Shown one piece after another: positions 57,311 to 64,000 of a stretch of DNA of 64,000 bases (position 1 is the stretch's first letter; each line of letters opens with the position of its first letter). Under the pieces are notes generated by a model that worked only from the letters and a program-made list of their open reading frames with translations, searched no databases and had not been told where the DNA came from. Location: contig NC_059425.1 of the NCBI RefSeq assembly GCF_021028975.2, positions 26,350,001-26,414,000 on the forward strand, given 5' to 3'. Made by a program: the position numbers and the translations under genes. Source of the stretch: Sphaerodactylus townsendi (taxonomy: Eukaryota).

Positions 57311-58125
57311 CCTTTCAAATGGAAAGAAAAAGCTGTCTTATTCCCTTGCAGTTCTTCTTTTGCGTAATGAGCATTGAGGATGCACTTAAAAAAATAAAAT
57401 AAAAGCCGATTATCATGCTAATGTAGAACATTAAAAAAATGGCAGCCGGCCAAAAAGGAGAGAAGGAAAGTTACGAAGCAGAAAACTAAGACAGATCAGT
57501 TAAACATAAACTAGACCCAATTCCTGTAATTATTGTGAAACAAGCAGTCACCCAACAAAAACGTTTCTGCATCTTAGTCTATCTGTTGAATATCATCCTG
57601 TCAGGCAGTTATTAAAGGGGGAAAGGGTAGAGAACAAAAACGTCATCTTTATTGACATTAAGGCATCAAAATGAGACTGCTGGGGACGGGGTAAATAAAA
57701 TAACACACACACACACAAGAAAGATTAGCAGAAAACTGGTCAGACAAGACTCCAAACCAACACACTTTCTTAAACTCCAATCTACATTATTCTATCATTC
57801 AAAATGAATTCTCACTAGGGAAAGAGCAAAGCTCCCATCTCCCACAGCAACATTATGTGATCCTACTCTTCATGTATTGTTATTGATTATGAGTGCCATT
57901 AATCTTTTAACGTTTCATTTAACTTTTCAAAGATTACCTACTTAATTCATTTCATAAACAGCAGTAACATACCCATAACAATGATAATTGATTTCTGTGT
58001 AACAGAGGTAGCAAATGCTCCAAACCGGCCCTGTTGCTGGATTTTTAATCAATGTATCCACTTTTTAACATGGTTGGTTCCATCTATACATACATAAATC
58101 TAGAGATTGGAGCCACTGACAAGAC

Positions 58126-58311
58126 CAGTGGTTCTCAACCTTCTTAATGCCGGGACCCTTTAATACAGTTCCTCATGTTGTGGTAACCCTCAACCCTAAC
58201 ATTTATCCATTTTACAGATGGAGAACACTGATGCAGAGAGTCTTGGGCAACCCCTGTGAAAGGGTCATTGGACCCCCAAAGGGGTCCCGACCCCAAGGTT
58301 GAGAACCACTG
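58126..58311. mobile_element. SPIN (Space Invader)/URR1-type hAT MITE
   Basis: CAGTGGTTCTCAACCTTCTTAATGCCGGGACCCTTTAATACAGTTCCTCATGTTGTGGT..AAAGGGGTCCCGACCCCAAGGTTGAGAACCACTG; perfect TSD GACAAGAC. Confidence 0.88.
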
Positions 58312-59307
58312 GACAAGACAGAGAGAATTCCCAGGTTTGATGAAAAACCTAAAAGCTAAAAGACAAATAACAACAGAAGCCTTGGAGGAAAGTCTCACAA
58401 GGGCCAGGGCCAGAAGTAACGATCAGTAACTTGCTACAGCGCATTTTGTACACTACACCCAAGTGCAGCAGTGGATGCAACCCAACATTAGGGCCAAGTG
58501 ACAGCCTCTACACAACTTGTGTGACTTGGTTGAACCTAGAGTTGTGACCTTTGGGTTGAGAAATACTTGGAGGTTTGGGGAGTAGATCCTGGGGAGGGTG
58601 GAATTTGGAGGGGAGAAGGGTTTCAATAGAGTATAATGCTATAGATTCTACCTTTCAGAGCAGCCATTTTCATCAGGTAAACTGATCTCTATTGCCTGGA
58701 GATAATTTGTAATAGCAGGAAATATCCAGTCACCACCTGGAGGCTGGCAACCCTAGCCAGGCAGAGACCACCACTAGAACAACTTGCTGCCACATGACTT
58801 TTGCAATTTCGTCAGACTTTTCCCAGGGTGGAGCTGTCAGATTTTGGGCCAGGGATATCACTTTCAGCCACTATGTTTACAGAAGCTCAAATTAAATTCC
58901 AGGCAGAGAAAGACGACATTCAGGGTACCTGCAGTTAATATGATGTCGACAGGGTGGAGAGTAGTAGTGTAATCTATTATAAATCTTAGACCATCACAAT
59001 CATATAAAATACTGTAAACCATGTAGTCCCCTACGTACACTGGCACAATATCTCTATCATCAATATGAAACTGTAAAATTCAAACATCTCAGGTTACATT
59101 TACAATTTAGTTTTCAAATTTTCATCTGCTTCTAGTTTCCTCCTTAAGGTGGAAACACACCTGCCTTTGCACCTGCCTTTGCAGATAGATGCTAAGAAAA
59201 TAAATGTAGCGGCCTTAGAGGTGACCCTAGGGAAAACATCAGCCAATAAAAATCACAGCCTGTCATCTTCAGAACTAGTGATTTCAGATAAAATTGAGTT
59301 GAGACAT

Positions 59308-59589
59308 TGTCATGATGATTCCAGTGGGGTGGAGGGAATTAGCTTTCGCTTTGGCAGGTGCAGTTTTATCATTTCTAGTTGTGGCCTTGGAAGTCTGTGG
59401 CTGGGAGTAGACTCCAGGCTAGACAATGTGAACTGTTTGCTTCTCATGTGGGGGCTGGGGATCTTGCACTCATATTATCAAGAGTTTGGTGCGGTTTTCG
59501 CCAGAACTCTCTTTCTACGTTCCTGCCATGTCTTCAATAAAAGCCTTGAACCCATCAAGTGAATTATTGTCTGACTGGGGGATCTGACA
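59308..59589 (+). mobile_element. Solo LTR (282 bp)
   Basis: TGTCA...TGACA termini; perfect 5-bp TSD GACAT; AATAAA at 59536-59541. Confidence 0.75.
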
Positions 59590-59641
59590 GACATTTACCT
59601 CGAATAACATTGTATAGGGGAAACCATAAGACATAGTGGCC

Positions 59642-59734
59642 TAACAGTGCAATCCAGAACAGTCTTACTCCAGTCTAAGCCCATTGAAATCAGTGGACTT
59701 AGATTGGAGTAACTGTGTTCTGGATTGCACTGTT
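59642..59734. repeat. Short palindromic MITE-like hairpin
   Basis: TAACAGTGCAATCCAGAACAG..CTGTGTTCTGGATTGCACTGTTA with inverted symmetry across its length. Confidence 0.75.
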
Positions 59735-59899
59735 AATCTTCTGGCTGGTCAGGGCCACAAGGGCAAAGATGCTGGGGGGGGGGGGGGAAGGGCAAGGAGA
59801 TTGTAAGCCCCTTTGAGTCTCCTACAGGAGTGAAAGGGGGGATATAAATCCAAACTCTCCTCCTCCTCCTCCTCCTCCTGGAAGCTTCCAGTATTTACC

Positions 59900-61760
59900 A
59901 TGGAGGTATTTGGTGGGAAAGGATTAAAAGCAAAGGCTAGTAAATGTTTTTCTTAATGTGGTATTGGAGAGATCAGTTATATATTGGGAATAACTTTTAT
60001 GTTTTTTGACTTTAGGATACCAGATTGAAAATTTTGAGCCAGCTGCTCTCTTGATATGTCAGAAGGCATCCATTTTTTAAAAAACCAGTCATTAATTTTA
60101 TTGGTTTCCCATAGTTTAACTGTCTCAATTGATGGCAGAGAATATAATCGTAGAATGGGAGCTAATAAATTGGATCATTTGTTATCCTTCACCTGGTGCC
60201 AATAACAGAACTTGACTAAGTGGTTCTCTGAGTGACTTTCTAGGGTTTTTTTTGGGGGGGGGGGGGGATTGCCATAAATTAGCAATCTGAGATAAACCCT
60301 TTTAGTAATGGCAGGCAGGCATACTTCCAGCCTTAACAGTGCAGTAGGGTGGCTTGGGGAAGACCCAGGATCTTAATCAAAAATGTGTTCTGAATAGTTT
60401 CTAACTGTTCTACTAGACTCAATTTCCATCCCCAGATTTCTGCCCATAGAGAGTTTGGCCAGTTATGTTGCTCTGGAATACCTTAAGGGCTTGTTCAACC
60501 AGCTGGCTACACTTTGAGTGATAAAAATTTAATATGACGCCCATTGTGCATCACGCTGTGATAAGATCTGCCTTGGATTGGGCCTGCCATAATGGGGTAG
60601 ATTTCAGGTTTATACCCAAATATCTGAAGAATGAAACATTGTTCTATTTCATGTCCTTGAATGGCCCATTTATTCTTGGCTATATTATTTCCAAAAATTA
60701 CTATTTTAATTTTACTGTAGTTAATTCTTAGCTCATTCATCTCACAATACTCAGCTAACCTCACCACATCTTTCCAAATACAACTTTAGTAAATGACAGA
60801 AAAGCCATATTGTCAGCGCACAATAACACTGATATTTTCCTGCCAGCCAGGGAGGGTGGGAAATGCTCACAAGAATCCGTAAACTGAACACAGTCATTTA
60901 TGTAGAAATTTAAAAGGGACCAATAAGAACCCTTGGCCCTTCCCGCACGGGCTTTAAACAGTGCCCTAGGGATGGCAAAAACACCGTCCCTAGGGAGCTG
61001 TTTGCATGGGGGGCGCAGCTGCTTCGCAGCCACGCCACCCTCGCTCCTCCCCAGCGGTGCGAAGCCGCCATTTTCCCACCTCATTCCCCCTTGTTTTACA
61101 CACTTCTCCAAGGGAATAAGGTCTGTAAGAGAACCACAGCACCCTATTCTTATTCTGGTTGTGAGGTCTGAATGGAGTTCTCTCAAGAGCCTAAACAGTC
61201 TTCTATCCATATCTGTGTTGTGCAGTTTTGCCCACAGTTTCAATCTAGCTATTGAATCAAAGGCAGTGGAAAGGTCAATAAATGCAACCTATAAGCGGCC
61301 TCTTGGAAAAGAAGTATACTTCTGGATCAGGGTCGTTAAAGTCATGCAATGGTCAATAGTATTGAGACCTTTATGAAAACTAGCCTGATGTTAAAGAGCT
61401 TAGATTCATCAGCCCGTTTATTCAATTTAGTGAGAAGGTAATATGTATAAAGTTTGGAAGATATGTCTAAAAGGCTGATAGGTCTGTAGTTTGCTGGGTT
61501 GAGCCTCTCCCCTTTCTTATAAATGGGGACTATAATACTCTACTTCAAGTTTACCAGGATAGGGCAAGATTAATTTATGGCTGTAAAAGGCCTTCCTAGA
61601 ATTGGGTACCACCATTGCTCATTCTGCTTGTAAACTTCAGAAGGGATGTGGTCCTTCCCAGGGGCCTTACCAATCCTGTGAGCATTCAGGGGATGTAATG
61701 GGATTCCACGATGGTAAAGGGTCCTTGTTCTTGACCACATGATCAAAGGTTTCATCTGAT
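59900..61760 (-). mobile_element. Degraded non-LTR retrotransposon RT (RTE/RTE-X-like; clade uncertain), interrupted by a MITE at 60934-61090
   Basis: GKAPGKDHIP, FIDLSTAFDSI..LWAKL, KCVKQG, LLNFYIND, ISVLLCADNM and INYSKIKIVIF-like RT motifs with frameshifts. Confidence 0.75.
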
Positions 61761-64000
61761 GGAGCATTGCATAATGAAGAAAAGTTATTATACTTTTCAA
61801 CAGGAATGTGTATAGTAAAATCCAAGGTGTTATCTTGGGTGTCCAAGAGTATCAATCTCCAAATGTAGTAATCATATCCAAAATGTGAGCTGATATCCCC
61901 ATCTTTACATCTGGTGGCCCCCAACTCTGCTGAGATATACAGAAAGGAAAAACCATAGAGGCCAGGTAAAGCTGTCAGATCTAAATCCCAAGAAACTTCT
62001 GCAGTTTAAAGCTAACTCTACCAGGTCCAACTTATCCTGGAAAATCAGCATTTTGACGGGGGAGGGAGGATAAACACACCTAGAATAAAATTCTCTCTTT
62101 TATTAAATTTCTAAACAGACAGGAGCAGCAACTTGGCTTATTTAAAGGTAGGTCACAAAAAAGAAATGTTGCCAGATTTTATTTTGATTCAGTTATACTT
62201 TTTAACATCATTTTATACGTCATTACGGCTGCTAACCACACACCATGGAATATCACTGTTGCATTCATATACTCTGCAAATACAGAGACACGTGGTTGGC
62301 AGCAGAACTTCCCTACAAGCAGTTTCCTGAACTATTTTATCTGTCAGCTCCTCACAACTTCCATTTTCTTTGTGTTTTTTCTTGCAGCTCCACCAGAATA
62401 CTTTGTGATAACTTTAAAAAAATAGTAATTGCTAGAGCAATTTCTTTTAAAAGCCCTCTAGCACCATGGCTGGGAAAATGGCAGTGGCAAGAGAAGGACA
62501 GCATACAAATGGTGACATATGGGCTTTTCCACATGCTCAGTTCACTCCTGGTTTTGTTGGCAGTTGATCCACAAGCGTTGGAGTTAATTGGAGCACAGTA
62601 CTTCCACAGGTCTGCCCTCTCTCTACATTTTCACAGTTCTGGAGGCAGTTTATTTTCTTCCACACATATCTCAAATAGTCAGAATTCTCACGGGAGGGTT
62701 CTGTCATCATCAGTGCTATCACAGCACCCCCATTTTATATTTTTTCACACACTTTTATTGATATAATGGCTGTATTTTTAAAAAAGAAATGTATTTGTCT
62801 TCTAGACTGCCCTTCCCTCAAATGGCCTCCATGCAGCTTTCAACGAAGAATTTACAACATCATAAAACAGCATCATACAATAAAATCCATCAAATTTCCA
62901 TAATGCATAATACTTTGGTGCTGCTGAATTCAAGGATAAAATCAATCAAGGCCAGTATATCAACCGGACCAATCACTAAAATGGGTTTTTTAAGGACCTG
63001 TTTAAACTATCATTACAACGCTATATCAATATACCTATAGTTTAGTGACTTTTTTTAAAAAAAATCAAAAACAAAACCACTCATCTTCAGGGCTGGGATG
63101 GGAGAAAATGGTTTGACGGATGATGACAGTCCAGTCACTATAAAAGGGAGTCAGGGGTGTGTGGGAATAGAGGAGATAAAGAAAACCGATGGAAACATTA
63201 TGCACAAGGAAAAGGGGCACTGAAAATTAGCTTCCAAAAAAGATCAGGATAAAGTGATCTCAGAAGGACTGGGAAAGGCAGGGGGCGATGAAGAGAAAAC
63301 TAAAGGCACAAAAATATTTGCAGAAATCAGGGGATAAGCTGAAGCAGTATGGGGCCAGAACCTATGCAAACCCCCCCCCCCTTCATGTGGAAAAGCCCAA
63401 TTTTGGGAGGACCTTTCCAGGGCAGGAGAGTCTGCACTGTTTGGTTCTGGTGGGTTTTCTGCGCTGTGCGCTATTCTGTTCTGCACTATTTCTTCTACTT
63501 GGCCTGCATGCTTGAGTTGCATCATTTCCTAAAAGATCAGAGTATTGAAGGTTTGGGAAATGGGAAAACCTGAAAAGAACATTAGAGCGCAATGTCATGT
63601 AGATGATACCAAAGCAGTGCTCCAGTTTGGAAGCAAAAGCAGAACAAAACCTCCTTGTGAAAGCACATAAAGCAGCGGGAGGGGGGACTTTGCCAGATGA
63701 ATTTCCTCTAGTTGTGCAGCTTTAACAACACAAAAATCCTACCATGGAAATAAAGTTGGTAATCCCCCTGGAAGAATACTAGAAGCCAGGGAGGTAGCCT
63801 GAGAGGGGAGGGGGCGAAGTCCATTCTTTTCTTAATTTTCTCACCACTGTGGTCAAAAAGATGGTAGAAGCATGCTAAAGTTACTGCAACTGCAGTGTTG
63901 CCAAATAAGTCCTCCATCCCTGCTGTGACCGGCTGAACTCTGTTTCCTGTCCTCGTTTCTTCCTTTCCTTTTTTCCTTTTTCTGCTCTTGGCTTCAGTCA

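Noticed and set aside
60507-61800. Functional reverse transcriptase gene
   Set aside because: Frameshifts, stops, a mutated catalytic motif (CADN in place of YADD) and a MITE insertion
63708-64000. Terminal coding exon of a neighbouring gene (open minus-strand frame at the window edge)
   Set aside because: The peptide is not recognisable and no acceptor is visible within the window; cannot be supported

Overview
Eukaryotic (vertebrate) genomic DNA from a squamate reptile, probably a gecko; this is inferred from the Squam3-like and 5S/Sauria-like SINEs, SPIN and hAT MITEs and Penelope-like repeats. Two complete intron-containing genes can be reconstructed on the minus strand with GT-AG junctions and consistent phases. 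NPAS4 has 8 coding exons at 12955-17786 (757 aa). MRPL11 has 5 coding exons at 40666-55617 (192 aa), plus a probable non-coding first exon in a CpG promoter near 57.2 kb. An intact TMEM121-family gene with a single coding exon (52706-53977, +) is nested antisense in an MRPL11 intron and carries a repetitive His/Gln/Thr-rich tail. A CpG island at 2.3-3.0 kb looks like the first exon of another minus-strand gene leaving the window (possibly SLC29A2 by synteny). NPAS4 has a TATA box, a paired CRE-like module, three RE1/REST-like sites in intron 1 and several upstream MEF2/SRF/CRE/RFX clusters. The rest is TE-rich: CR1, L2, an RTE-like LINE, SINEs, hAT/SPIN/Harbinger MITEs, two solo LTRs, and short Penelope-like units carrying minimal hammerhead-ribozyme cores, several as TSD-flanked inverted pairs. 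No CRISPR array, tRNA gene or rRNA gene is supported. All family assignments come from motif recognition; no searches were run.
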